Shown here: positions 13,045 through 29,519 of the stretch, one piece after another
Position numbering within the stretch: the stretch's first letter is position 1
Layout of the letters: every line of letters starts with the position of its first letter
Assembly: GCF_009914755.1 (NCBI RefSeq)
Contig: NC_060947.1
From: the human T2T-CHM13v2.0 reference genome, Homo sapiens
Length of the DNA stretch: 64,000 nt
Strand: one strand, 5' to 3'
Notes under the pieces: generated by a model
What the model was told of the DNA's origin: nothing
Database searches by the model: none
Seen by the model: only the letters and a program-made list of their open reading frames with translations
Made by a program: the position numbers and the translations under genes

Positions 13045-15250
13045 TTTCATTTTTAAAATTTTTCGTTATTTTCATAGGTTATTGGTGAACAGGTGGTGTT
13101 TAGTTACATGAGTAATTCTTTTGGTGGTGATTTGTGAGATTTTGGTGCACCCATCACCCTAGCAGTATACGCTGCAACCAATTTGTGGTCTTTTATCCTT
13201 CACCCTCTTCCCACCCTTTCCCCCTGAGTCCTCAAAGTCCATTGTGCCTTTCTTATGCCTTTGCATCCTCATAGCTTAGCTCCCACATATGAGTGAGAAC
13301 ATACGATGTTTGGTTTCCATTCCTGAGTTACTTTGCTTAGAATAATGGTCTTCAATCTTATCCAGGTCACTGCCCATGCTCATGGATAGGTAAAAACAAT
13401 ATTGTGAAAATGACCATACTGCCAAAAGCAAACTACAAATTCAATGCAATTTCCATTAAAACACAACTATCATTCTTCACAGAAATAGAAAAAAAAATTC
13501 TAAAATTTATATGAAACCAAAAAAGAGTCTTCACAGCCAAAGCAAGACTAAACAAAAAGAACAAATCAAGAGGCATCACATTACCTGATTTCAAACTATA
13601 CTATAAGGCCATAGTCACCAAAGCAGCATGGTACTGGCATAAAAGTAGGCACATAGACTAATGGAACAGAATAGAGAACCCAGAAATAAACGCTAATACT
13701 TAACAGCCAAATGATCTTTGACAAAGCAATCAAAAACATATAATGGGAAAAGACACCCTATTCAACAAATGGTGCTGGGATAATTGGCTAGCCACATGTA
13801 GGAGAATGAAACTGGATCCTCATCTCTCACCTTATACAAAAATCAACTCAAGATAGATCAAGGACTTAAATCTAAGACCTGAAACTATAAAAATTATAGA
13901 AGACAACATTGGAAAACCCTTCTAGACATTGGCATAGGCAAGGATTTCATGACAAAGAACCCAAAAGCAAATGAAATAAAAACAAAGATAAATAGCTGAG
14001 GCTTAATTAAACTAAAGAGCTTTTGCACGGTAAAAGGAAGAGTCAGCGGAGTAAACAGACAAACCACAGAGTGGGAGAAAATCTTCACAATCTATACATC
14101 TGACAAAGGACGAATATCCGGAATCTTCAACAAACTCAAACAAATTAGCAAGAAATAAACAAACAATCCCATCAAAAAGTGGGCTAAGGACATGAATAGA
14201 CAATTCTCAAAAGAGGATATACAAATGGCGAACAAACATATGAAAAATTGCTCAACATTGCTAATGATTAGGGAAATGCAAATCAAAACCACAATGCAAT
14301 ATTACCTTACTCTTGCAAGAATGGCCATAATAAAAAAATCAAAAGATAATAAGTGTTAGCATGGATGTGTTTAACAGGGATGTGGTTAACTTCTGCACTG
14401 CTGGTGGCAATGTAAACTAGTACAACCACTATGGAAAACAGTGTGGAGATTCCTTAAACAACTAAAAGCAGATCTACCATTTGATCAAGCAATCCCACTA
14501 CTGGGTATCTACCCAGAGGAAAACAAGTCATTATATGAAAAAGATACTTGCGCACACATGTTTATAGCAGCACAATTTACAATTGCAAAAACATGGAACC
14601 AACCCAAATGCCCATCAATCAACGAGTGGATAAAGAAACTGGTATATATATATATAATATGTATGCATATATGTGTGTATATATATATGTATACATATAA
14701 TATATATGTATATATATGTTGTGTATATAGATGCATACATATATGTATATATGTGTATATATAATATATTATATATACATATATATTATATATACACATA
14801 TATATTATATATATACATATATATTATATATACACATATATATTATATATACACATATATTATATATACACATATATATTATATATACACATATATTATA
14901 TATACACATATATATTATATATACATATATATTATATATACACATATATTATATATACATATATATTATATATACACATATATATACATATATATTATAT
15001 ATACACATATATATACATATATATTATATATACACATATAATATATACATATATATTATATATACACATATATATTATATATACATATATATTATATATA
15101 TAGACACATATATATATATTATATATGTATACTCAGTAGTATTCCATCTGGCTTAGGCAAGGATTTCATGACCAAGAACCCAAAAGCAAACGATATATAT
15201 ATATATTATGGAATACTACTGAGCCATAAAAAAGAATGAATTAATGGCAT
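13045..15250 (-). mobile_element. L1PB1-like insertion with 5' inversion (twin priming)
   Basis: 3' end on minus strand (13045-13371), inverted ORF2 segment on plus strand (13372-15250); the two pieces are adjacent in L1 (ATGGCAT | GCAGTGACCTGG); 15-bp TSD CATATTTTTATTTTA (13030) / CATAGTTTTATTTTA (15248). Confidence 0.88.
14643..15130. repeat. Interrupted (TA)n / TATATACACATATATAT-type tandem array, about 490 bp
   Basis: Directly visible; expanded from the L1 TGGTATATATAC motif. Confidence 0.95.
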
Positions 15251-15338
15251 AGTTTTATTTTAAAACTCACAACACACCATCACCATCATCATCACCATTA
15301 TTGTTTTATAAGTCAATTTTTATTTGGTGTTATTCACT

Positions 15339-15723
15339 TGTATTCGTTTGCTAGGGCTGCCATAAGAAAATACCTCAGAGTGGATGGCTTAAAAAGCAAA
15401 AATTTATTTTCTCACAATTCTGGAGCTGAAAATCCAAGATCAAAATTTTGTCAGCTTTGATTTCTTCTGAAACCCCTCTCTTTTGCTTGTAGATAGCCAT
15501 CTTCTTACTATGTCCTCACATGGTCATCTCTTGGTATTTTCTGTCCTAACCTTTTCTCTTTATAAGTGTACCAGTTATAGTGGACTCAGACCCAACCAAA
15601 GAACCTCTATTTCACTTCAATGTCTCTTTAAAGTTTCTCTCTTTAAATATAGTCCAATTTTAAGGGACAGAAAATTTGGGATTTAATGTATAAATGTTCA
15701 GAGGACACAATACAGCTTATAAG
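15339..15723 (-). mobile_element. MLT1 (MLT1A/B-like) solo LTR
   Basis: TGTATT.GTTTGCTAGGGCTGCCATAA.AAAATACC...ATTTATTTTCTCACAATTCTGGAG. Confidence 0.8.
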
Positions 15724-15739
15724 ATTATATACTTATGTT

Positions 15740-16030
15740 TGCGCGTGGTGGCTGTCACCTGTAATCCCAACACTTTGGGACGCTGAGGCGGAAGAATTTC
15801 TTGAGGCCAGGAGTTCAAGATTACTCTGGAGAATATAGCTAGACCAGGTCTCTATAAAAATTTTTTAAAAATTGTCTGAGTGTGGTGATGCATGCTTGTA
15901 GACCTAGCTACTCAGGAAGCTGAGGCAAGAGGATCGCTGGAACCCAGGAGTTTGAGGCTGCAGTGAGCTATGATTGCACCACTGCACTCTAGCCTGGGTG
16001 ACAGAGTGAGTCTCCATCTCTTAGAAAAAA
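15740..16030 (+). mobile_element. AluJ
   Basis: CTTGAGGCCAGGAGTTCAAG and GAGTTTGAGGCTGCAGTGAGCTATGAT J-family diagnostics. Confidence 0.88.
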
Positions 16031-16632
16031 GTATACATTCTTACTATTTTAATTATTCTTCCTTTATTCTGTTTCTTCATGCTTTCACCTGGGATTATTT
16101 TTCTTTTGCCTAAAGAATTGCTTTTAGTATGTATTTAATGTAAGTCTGCTGCCATTGAATTAGCTCAGTTTTTGTAGATTAGAAACATCTTTATTTTCTC
16201 TCCAGTTTTTAAATGGACTTTATTTTTTCAATAATTTAGAAAAATAATTTTAGGTTTACAGCAAAATTAACAGAAGGTATAGTAATTTCACATATATCAC
16301 CTGCCTCCACACAGACATACATTCTTTCGCTAATATCCCCATCCTACATCAAAGTGACACATTTACTACACTAAATGAACTTACATCGACCCACCATTAT
16401 GTGCAAGTCCATAGTTTACATTCAAATTCATTCCGATATTGTATATTCTATTGGTTTTGACAAATGTATAATGACATGTGTTTACCATTATAGTATCATA
16501 TAGAAAAGTTTAATTATGATAAAGTTTTTCTTCGTTCTGCTAATCCATCTCTATCTCTTCTCTAATTCCTGGCAACCAGTGATTCTTTTACTGTCTCCAT
16601 AAGTTTGCCTTTTTCAAAATGTCACATAGTTA

Positions 16633-16986
<354 letters not shown>

Positions 16987-17290
16987 TTAAATGAGCTTCT
17001 TTCACTTAGTAATGTACATTTGAGGTTCCTCCATGTTTTTCCATGGTTCAATAACTTATTTATTTTAGCTCTGAGTAATATTATATTGGCCAAATGTACC
17101 ACGGTTTGTTTATCTCTTCACCTAAAGACATCTTGGTGATTTCAGGTTTTCATAATTATTAGTAAGGCTGCTATCTATGTGAAGGTTTTGTATGACATAA
17201 GTTTTAAACTCATTTTAATAAATTCTAGCAAACGTGGTTGCTGAATTATATGGTAAAAGTATATTTAGTTTTGTAAGGAACTGCTGAACA

Positions 17291-17435
17291 GGGCCTGATG
17301 CAGTGGCCCATTCCTGTAATCTCAGCACTTTAGAAGGTGGAAGCAGGAGAGTCACTTGCAGGTAGGAGTTTAAGACAAGCTGAGCAATGTAGCAAGACCT
17401 AGTTTCTACCAAAAATAAATAAATGAATATAAAAA
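17291..17435 (+). mobile_element. Alu left monomer (FLAM or AluJ fragment)
   Basis: GGGCCTGATGCAGTGGCCCATTCCTGTAATCTCAGCACTTT followed by an A-rich tail after one monomer. Confidence 0.75.
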
Positions 17436-20400
17436 TCTGCAAAATTGTCTTTCACAGTGGCTAGACCATTTTGCATTCTCATCTACAATAAATAATATTC
17501 ACTGTTACTCTACATCCTCAACAGCATGTGGCATAGTCAGTATTAAATTTTTGCCACTCTAATAGGTGTGTAGTGTTATCTCATTGTTATAATTGCAATT
17601 CCATAATGACATATAATGTTGAGCATAAGTGCATATACTTACTTTTTATCTGTACATTTTCTGTAGGATTTTTTGTTTAAATCTTTTACACATTTTTAAT
17701 TGGGTTGTTTATTTTCTTATTGTTGAGCTTTTAGTAGTCCTTGTACAATTTAGGTAACAGCTCTTTATCAGATACGTATTTTGCAAATATTTCTCACAAT
17801 CTGTGCCTTGGTTTTTTGATCTACTGATAGTGCCTTTTGCAGAGACTAAACTTTTAATTTTAATAAAGTGTAGCTTATTAATTTTGTTATCAACCATGGC
17901 TTTGATACTGTATCTAAAAATTTATAGCTATAACCAAAGTCATCTAGATTTTCTCTTATATTATCTTCTAGGCATTTTGTAGTTTTAAAATTAAGACTAT
18001 AATTAATTTTGAGTTAATTTTTATGAAGGCTGTAAAATTTGTGTCTAGACTAATTTTTCTGCATGTGATTGTCCAGTTGTCCTAGCACCATTTGTTAAAA
18101 AAACTATCTTTTTAAAATTTGAATTGCCCTTTATATTTTATTATAGAGCAGCTGGATATATTCATGTAGTTCTATTTCTGGAATCCTTATTCTGTACCAT
18201 TGATTTATGTATCTATTCTTTTACAAATAGCACACTATCTTAATTACTGTAGCTTTGTACTCAGTCTTGAAGCTGAGTAGGGTCAGTACTCTGACCTTTT
18301 TTTCTTCAATATTGTGTTTTCTATCCTGGATCTTCTGTATTTCCATGTAAATTGCAGAAGCAGTTTGTCAATATCCACAAAATAATTTACTGAACATTTC
18401 ATTGAGATTGTATGGAATCTATAGCGTGGGTTGGGAACAACTGACATCTTGACAACATTGAGTCTTCCTTTCCAGGAACATGGACTATCTCTTCACTAAC
18501 TCATTATTTAATTTCTTTTATTAGAGTTTTGTAGCTATTCTTATGTAGATCTTGTACATATTTTCCTAGACGCACAACTAAGTATTTGATTTTGGGATGC
18601 TAATGTAAATGTATTATTTTTAAATTTTGTATTTCATAGTTGTATTGCTAATATATAGAAAAGGGATTGACTTTTGTATATTAAACTTGCATTCTACAAA
18701 TATGTCAAAGTAGTTTATTAGTTACAGGAGATTTTATGTCAGTTCTTTTGTGTATTCTACATAGAAAATTATGTTATTTGAGAACAAATAGTATTCTATT
18801 TCTTTCTGTCCATTTGGTCTATATTTTCTTTTTCTTGTCTTATTACATTAGCTAGAACTCCAAGGATAATGTTGAAAAGGAGTGATGAGAGGAGGTGTCT
18901 CATCACTTGCCTTGTATTTTACCTTAGTAAGAAGCTTGTATTTTATCCATATTAAGTATTGATGCTAGGTATAGTTTTTTTGTAGTTGTTCTTTATCTAT
19001 TTGAGGAAGTTCCTCACTATTCCCAGAATGCTGGTGTTGGATTTTGTTAATTTTTTTTTCCTGAATCTACAAATACAATTGCATATTTTTTTCATTAGCC
19101 TGTTGATGTAATCCATTAAATTAATGGGTTGCCAAATGTAGAACCAGCCTTTAATACCTGTTATAAATTCCACTTGATTGTGGTATATAATTATTTGTAA
19201 AAAGTATTATTCTCAATTTTCTAATATTTTATTAAGAATTTTTGTATCTGTATTTACAGGAGATATTGAGCTTCTTGTGAAGTCTATATATAAATTTGGT
19301 ATCATGTTAATGCTGATATTACAATGAGTTAGGAAGTATTCCCTCTGCTTCAGTCTTATGGATGGGATTGTAGAGAATTGGTATAATTTCTTCCTTGAAT
19401 GTTTGGTAAATTTCACTAATGAAGTTATCTGGGCCTGGGGTTTTCAGTTTTGGAATGCCATAAATTATGTATGTAATTTTCTCAATATATACAGGCCTAC
19501 TCAGATACTCTATTTCTTTTTCTGTGAATTTTGGCAGATTGTGCCTTTCAAAGAATAGGTCCATTTCGTTGATGCCAAATATCACATATTTGGGCATAGT
19601 GTTCTTTATAATATTCTTTTGTTATCCTTTTAACATACATGAAAACTGTTGTGATATCCTCTTTCATTTTTGATATTAGTAATTTGCATTTTCTTTATTT
19701 TTTTTTGTTAGCCTGGATGGAGTTTTATTGATTTTATTGATCTGTTTAAGGAACAAGCTATTGGTTTCATCGATTCTCTCTATTGATTTCCTGTTTTCAA
19801 TGTTATTGATTTGTACTCTAATTTGTATTCATTTACTTTCGTTACTTCATATTTAATTAGCTCCTTTTTTATTTTCCTAAGATAAAAGCTTAGATTATTG
19901 ATTTTAGATATTTATTCCTTTGTAATATAAATATTCAATGATATAATTTTTCCTCTAAGCACTGCTTTTGCTGCATCCCATGCATTTTGATAAAATTATT
20001 TTTATTTTAATTTAGTTTAAAATATTCTTTAATTTTTTGAGATTTCTTCTTTGTTCCATTTGTTATTATTTAGAAATGTGTTGTTAATCTCCAAGTATGT
20101 TTGGATTTTCCAGGTGAATGCATATGTCTAATCTCATCAATCGTATACATTAAATATGCACAGCTTTTTTATATATTAAATTTACCTCAATACCTTAACA
20201 AAGTTGTTTTTTAAAAAAATTGTTAGAGTGGATCAAATAAAATTGAATTATATGTTGTCTACTCTATTGATTTCTGTTAATGATTTCTAGTTTAATTCCA
20301 CTGTGGTCTAAGAGCACCCATTATAGGGTATTTATTATTTTAAATTTGTGAAGGTGTGTTTTATGACCCACAATGTGGCCAACCTTTCTGAATGTTCCAT

Positions 20401-20899
20401 GTGAGTTCGAGAAGAATGTATAATACGCAGCTATTGGATGAAGCAGTCTATAGATGTCAATTACATATAATTGATAGCATGTTCTGTTGAGTTTATTTTA
20501 TTGATTTTATACCAGGTGAATCTTTCCATTTCTGATAAAGGCATATTAAAGTCTTCAAGTATAATTGTAAATTCCTATCTTTCTTCTTGCAGTTTTGTAA
20601 GTTTTTTGCATTATTTATTTTGACACTTTGCTATTAGATGCCCTATAAAGATTACTATGTCTTCTTGGAGAATTGTTCTCTTTACCATTATGTAATTCTT
20701 TTATTTTCTCCTAATAACATTCCTTGTTCTGAAGTCTGCTCTGCCTAAAATTAATATAGCTATTTCTACTTTTTGATTAGCAGTAGCATGATATTTCTCC
20801 ATCAATTTATGTTTAATATGTCTTCATACTTAAAATGATTTTCTTGTAGACAACATACAATTGTCTTAATTTTTGACATACTTTATCATTTTCATTTTG

Positions 20900-21555
20900 T
20901 AAACATTTTTATTGAAATGTATTTGATATATAAATACAACAGCATGTATTTAATGTATACAATTGAATGAATTTAGACATATGCATACATCTTTGATAGC
21001 ATTACCACAATAAAGGTTATTTTATATATATATATTTATATATATAATATATATATATATATAAATATATATAACCTCTAAAAGTTTATTTGTATCTTCT
21101 TTTTGTAGTAAGAACCCTTAACATAGTATCTGGCCTCTCAACACATTTTTAAGTGCAAAATGCCTTATTGTTATTGATGATATGCACTATGTTGTAGAGT
21201 AGATCTATAGAACTTATTTGTCTTGCATAAGTGGAACTTTACACCCATTAAAAAGGAACTAACTCCCTTTTTCTCCCTTCCCGCAACCCCTAACAAACAA
21301 CATTTTATTATGTTTGCATGAATTTGATTATTTCAGATAGTTCAAATAAATAGAATCATATAAAGCTGGCTTATTTTACTTATTAGCATAATGTACTCAC
21401 AATTTATCCACATTGATGGAAATAGTAGAATTTCTTTTCTTTTGAGACTAAAAATATTATATTGTATGTATATACATTTTTTATTTATCTGTCAGTAGAA
21501 ATATAGGTTGTTTTTATATTCAAATATCATAAACAATGCTACAATCAATAAAAAT
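20900..21555 (-). mobile_element. L1MA/L1MB 3' end
   Basis: Antisense 3' UTR (GTAAGAACCCTTAACAT, GTAGATCTATAGAACTTATT) with an internal (TA)n patch. Confidence 0.65.
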
Positions 21556-21577
21556 GCTGAAGAATATATTTGTCAGG

Positions 21578-22006
21578 TGATATAGTTTAGATATTTATTC
21601 CTTGCAAATCTCATGTTGAAATTTGACCCCTCAATGTTAGAGGTAGGGCCTATGGGGAGGTATCTGGGTCATGGGTTGAATCTCTCATGAATGGCTTGGT
21701 GCCATCTATGGTAATAAATAAGTTCTCACTTTATTAATTCCTGTGAGATCTGATTGTTAAAAAGAGCCTGGCACCTTTCTTTCTCTAACTCTTGTTTCTT
21801 TTCTCTCAGTGTAACACTCCTGCTCCACCTTCACCTTCTGCCCTGATTGGAAGTTTCTTGAGGTTTTCACCAGAAGCAGATGGTGATTCTATGTATCTTT
21901 TACAGCCTAAAAATCTTGAGCCAAATAAATAACTTTCCTTTGTAAATTACCCAGCCTCAGGTGTACCTTTATAGTATCACAAATAGATAGCACAAATAGA
22001 ATAATA
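21578..22006 (+). mobile_element. MSTB-like MaLR solo LTR
   Basis: TGATATAGTTT...AAATCTCATGTTGAAATTTGACCCC...AATTACCCAGCCTCAGGT. Confidence 0.85.
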
Positions 22007-22009
22007 CTT

Positions 22010-24150
<2,141 letters not shown>

Positions 24151-26699
24151 CGACATTCTATTACTATGTATTTTATATTTACTATTATATTATGGAATAC
24201 CTTTAGATATCCTTATTTACCTAGTTTCTCATTTTGGGGTGTCGCTTCAAAAATGTGTTTCTACCCGGTGACTTTTATAAAACAATATTTTAAAAGGTAC
24301 TATCAATTCAGATTTTTCTATTATTTTCTCCTCTGTTATACCTTTCACATAAAATTTTAATTATACTATTAGTGGGAAGTGCATATCCTTATTGAAAAAG
24401 ATATTAAGCAATCTATAATCAAGTTTCTCCATTAATTATCATTAAAAATTATTAGTACAGACATAAATTTTCAATTAATGCTCTTTTATAAATATGTTTT
24501 GTAATAATAAATTATTTAATAATAAAATATAAATAATTTATATTTTCCAAGGTTTTGCATACCTCTTGCAGGCTATTCTCCCATCTGTTAGATATTTTAT
24601 TTACATATTTTAACATAAACACAAGCATTAGATGAACATGATTTGATCAACAAAATTAATATGAATACATTCTGTAAATGCATGTCATAAAGTATAAAAA
24701 GTTTGTACAGTAGTAATAGAGAACGTTATACTTTAAAATGAAGCTGAATTATACAAAATGTGATCTAATAACATATCCAATTATGTCATATGTGGATCAT
24801 ATACCTCATTAGCTAATTTAATACACACACACAACTTGTTAATGATGATGGAAAATAGTTGCTAAAACACATTAGCTCTTTCAAAACATGAACACAATAG
24901 TTAACACATGTGGGCAACCACTTTGTAAATAATCAGCAAAATTCCCAAGAGCACAATTAGCTTTTTTACACAATTGAAGTTGTGTAATATGGGCTTTAAA
25001 AAGTTCTTAAGCACCCTCTTTCTTTTTGTTTTACACAGTCATTTATTAGATGTTTATTGAAATTAAATTGAACAGATTGCTTAATATTAGGAAAAGCTCC
25101 ATTAATTTGTCTATCAATATATTTGCTTATTTTAATATATCAGTAGCATGACATGAGGACCCCTGGGCAGAATCTTTAATAGTTTCCCACCTGGATTAGT
25201 TAAATACTTCAACTAGAAGGTACATCAATCATATAATTACAATAACTTTAATTAAAAATAAAAAAGTTATGGTATCTAAATGTATGATATAACCAATTAT
25301 TTTTGATGTCAAAGTCTCCAATTATGATTTGTTTTATTTTTTATCAAGTGAAAAAAGTAATAGTAGCATAATTACTTTAAATAGCAATTATTTCTATTTT
25401 CAAGTTTACTTTTAAACCATTTGTGATTTTGAATTTACATTTTAATTAATTTGTACTTTTAATTTGCTTCCCAGATGCTTTCATTTATTGCTAAAGGTAT
25501 ATTTATTTTACATGTTAATTCACAGATAATTAAACTAAAGAAAGAGTAAAATATCTTACATGACTGTTTAACTTCATAGATTTGTCTTGGATGCAGTGTT
25601 TTAGAGATTAAGAACAGTTTATTTTTCTTTTTTTTTTCAGAGCAATAACCAATTAAAATGTCACACACAAATTGTAGCTGATGGGCTATTTGGATTTCCA
25701 GTAAAATACTGTCATTTCAACCTAAAGGACATGCATTGCAGAAAGACAAGCAGCTACAATTTAATAAATAAATAATGAAAGTTTACAAGAGTAGAAATGA
25801 GACAAGTGTAAGAAAACGCTAAATTTTGCATACAACTGTCATTCATGCTGCATATACAACATATTTTCTTGGAGTAGTTATTTCTGTCATCCATTTCTTC
25901 TTTACATTTTTCCCAAGTGTCTTCCTGGTTAAAAGTAATTAGAGACATAAAAGAGAAAAAATGGAAAGACCAAAAAAGAGACAGAGAAGGGATAGGGATA
26001 TTTCCCTTAAAAAAAAAGTCATAAAATTGAGTAATTATTGTTTTTTGGAGTCCATTACTCATATGTATATTCTCAATATATTCTCAAATATATATATATA
26101 TATACACACACGTGACTGTATATATATGTAAATATATGTACACACACATACACATGCATATAATATATGCTTTATTGTACTGATAAATTACAAGCATTTC
26201 TCAATGAATATAACTTTTTATAAATGTGATTTCCCTGCTAACAAATTTTCTCTTACAGAAAATGAGAAAAGTCAAAGGGACTATTTTTTGTTGTTGTTAA
26301 TTAGTCTCTGTTGAGATTTATTATATTTTTTTCAATGTGAGGTAAAATTATAATGACATTGGAAAATTAAAGTGTATCTTTAATGCTAATGTGTCCCCCT
26401 TCTTTTTTCTCTTTTTGAAAATGAAGAATGCGTAACTTTCTAGCAGCAGGTTTCCCTAAAAATAATAGAAAAATTGAATATGAGAAGTCAGTGTGTCACA
26501 ATTTCCCAATTAGAATCTGACTTTTGAATCTGACTTTTGATCTATCCATATACTTAAAGTATGGGGATTATTGCCTCTTCTGAAAGTTAAGGAGGACATA
26601 TTGCTGTGTAAATAAATCAGAGTAATATAATTACAGGATAGTTGTGGTAAATGAGGAAATGGTAGTATACAGATGTAGCATCCAACAATGGAAGTAGAA

Positions 26700-26920
26700 T
26701 AAATCTGAAGTAAAAGTACACTTCATTTTGAATCCTGGCTCTGGGATTTATTTCCCATATAAGCTAAGGCAATTAACTTACCTCACTATCTGAGTCTTTT
26801 CATCGGTCAGATGGAGATAATCATTTTACTACATAGGATTGAGGTGAGGATCTGCTGAGACATGCATGCAAAGAGCTGAACAAGATCCATAGGGGATAAT
26901 TGGCATTTACTGAATATGAA
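26700..26920 (+). mobile_element. MIR
   Basis: TTTGAATCCTGGCTCTG...GGCAATTAACTTACCTC...ATGGAGATAAT...CATAGGATTG..GTGAGGAT. Confidence 0.7.
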
Positions 26921-29230
26921 ATTTATGTCCTTCTCTGCCTATTTGACACTGAAAATTATTCTAGGCCCTTGTATATATTCAGAAGCACAGTCAGAAAGTA
27001 AATGACTTGTGAAGACTAATATTAACGAAATAGTGAAATATGAGATTTCTACCATCATCCCTCCTCAGAGCATCAATTTTGACAGCTACCCATGAATAAA
27101 ATTATATCTGTGGGAATCTCGGAGTCCAGCATATCTGGGAGACCAGCACACTATTGGAGCAAAAATCTTAGATGCAATGGGGAGGGTGAGAACAGTTTTG
27201 CCTTAACCAGGATACTCCCCCAACAAGGTGGTGCAGCTTAGTGCGAAAAGGGCCTTAGTTCATAATTTGTACCATAGGAGAAAGTAAAAGTATAGAGAAT
27301 TAGAACCTGGCACCTCCTCTCTCTAGCTGTTGGGACAGTGCCCAAAATGCCCGTTTCTTTTCATCCTACAAGGAATACCAAATTGACTGAAACAGATGAG
27401 TGGTTGAGATAGGTTGGAAGTAGAGAGGAGAGGCCACAGATCTACTAACCACTCTGTTGAATACATCAGGAGAACTGCCCCACTAGCTAATTGGAATGCC
27501 TCACTGAAGGACACCCAGAACTGGCCTATGAGCACCACAAACATTCCATGCTCCTCACACTCTCCCAGACTGTCTCCCTGACCACACTCCTCTGACAGTA
27601 AATGCAAACACCTCATGCAGACAACTTACGTAACTCTGCAAGAATGGGAGAAGGCAAACAAATTTGAGAATTTCATGAAACTTCCCTAGTGAAAACCAGT
27701 GGATGCTTCCCAGTGCCTTGCCTGGCTTTGTGTTATTGAGAGAAAAAGATAATCTTAATAATCCACTTTCCACCCCCAATTAAGAACAAGAGGTGTGGAG
27801 TAGGCAAATACATAGAAAACATCTGAGAGATCCTCACAATTCATAGCCAGGCTAATTGGTAAAGACATATATATCCTGAAGTGAATAAGAAAAGACTAGA
27901 GAAAGTAACTGCTTATTAAAATGCAAAGACTTCAAGAACACTCAAAATAAAAATTTAAAAAGCAGTAATATTCCAGTAACCAAGCACAAAGAAATGGAGA
28001 TCTATGAATTGCCTGAAAATTAATTCAAAATAATTATTTTAAGGAAGCTCAGTGTGATACAGGAGAACACAGACAACTAAATAATATAAGAAAAACTATA
28101 CTTGAACAAAAAAAGAAGTTCATAAAGAGAAATAAATCATAAAAAGTAAGCAAAAAATATCTGGAGCTGAAGAACTCCTTGAATAAAATGTTAAAAATGC
28201 AACAGAATTTGTCTAGACAGACTTGATCAAAAGAAGAAGTAATCTTTGAACTCTGACAGGTCATTTGAAAATAGAGGAGAAAAAATAGACAGGAATGAAG
28301 AAAGCCTATAGGATTTATGGAATACCTTCAAGAGAGCTATATTTACATTATAAGAATTTGAGAAGAAAAAAAGAGAGAAAAATGTAAAAAACTTAAAGAA
28401 GTAATGGCTGAAAACTTCCTACATATGAATACAGATATGGACATCTAGGCACATAAAGCTTAATATTCTTCAAACAATTTTAACCCAAAAATAGACTTAG
28501 ATAAGACAAATTATAATCAATCAAAAATCAAAGCCAAAGAGAATTTTGAAAGCGGTAGGATAAAAGAGGTTCACTACTTACAAATGAATGCCTTGAAGGC
28601 AATTAATGAATTTCTTAGCAGAAACCTGAAAATCCAAAAGAGAAGGGGATGACATATTCAAAGGGGTAAAAGAAAAAAAACTGCCAACCAAATATAATTT
28701 ACTCAGAAAAGCTATTCTTCAGCAAAAAAAGAGAGATAAAGTATTTTCCAGACAAACAAAACCTGAGGTAGCTTATCACCACTAGACCTGCCTTACAGTA
28801 AATATTAAAGGAGTTTAAAGCTGAAACAAAATGATGCTAATTAGTAACATGAAAACATATGACTGTCTACAACTCATTGGTAAGAGTAAGTATATAGTCA
28901 AATTCAGAATACTCTAATATTGTAATGGTGATGTGTAAATAACTTTTAACTCTAGTATGCAGGTTGAAAGTCAAAAATATTAAAATAACTATAGTTATAA
29001 TAGCTTGTTAATAAATATGCCATATATAAAGATGTAATTTTTGACATCAAAATGAAAATATGGGGAGGTATAGAAATAAAAGTATAGAAGTTTTGTATGT
29101 GATCAAATTTAAATTATAAGCTTAAAGTAGACTGTTACAGCTATAAGATTGTTTTATGTAAACTTAATGGTTACCAAAATGCAAAAACCTATGTACATAC
29201 ACAGAAGATGAAAAGAAAGTAATCAAAGCA

Positions 29231-29519
29231 ATCTTCTATTCAAAGAATATAAAATTTCAGTTAGATAGAAATAAGTTCAAGAGATCTATTGAAGAACAGG
29301 GTGACTATAGTTAATGATAGTGTATTATTGTTTAAAAATCACTAAGAGAACATATTTTAAACATTACCACCACGAAAATAAATGTGTGAGGTAGTACATA
29401 TGTTAATTAGCTCAACTGAGCCATTCCACAATGCATACATTTTCTAAAACATCATATACACAATTAATGTATACAATGTTTAGTTGTCAATTAAGAAATA
29501 AAGTGAGAATTTTTTAAAG
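29231..29519 (+). mobile_element. Short L1MA4/5-like 3' fragment nested in L1
   Basis: AAAATTTCAGTTAGATAG...GAGATCTATTG...; TSD GTAATCAAAGC at 29219 and 29520. Confidence 0.8.

Noticed and set aside
14740-15130. CRISPR-like periodicity
   Set aside because: No unique spacers, no cas genes, eukaryotic context; a simple tandem repeat
14441-15156. ORFs of 96-141 aa rich in Y/I/H/T
   Set aside because: Translations of the TA-rich tandem repeat
25621-26062. Strong polypyrimidine/CAG acceptor and a 102-aa minus-strand ORF in unique sequence
   Set aside because: No matching donor or coding signature; composition is typical of random AT-rich ORFs
26513-26540. Short tandem duplication (GAATCTGACTTTT x2), and similarly CATCAGGTACT x2 near 52652-52677
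   Set aside because: Ordinary slippage-type microduplications
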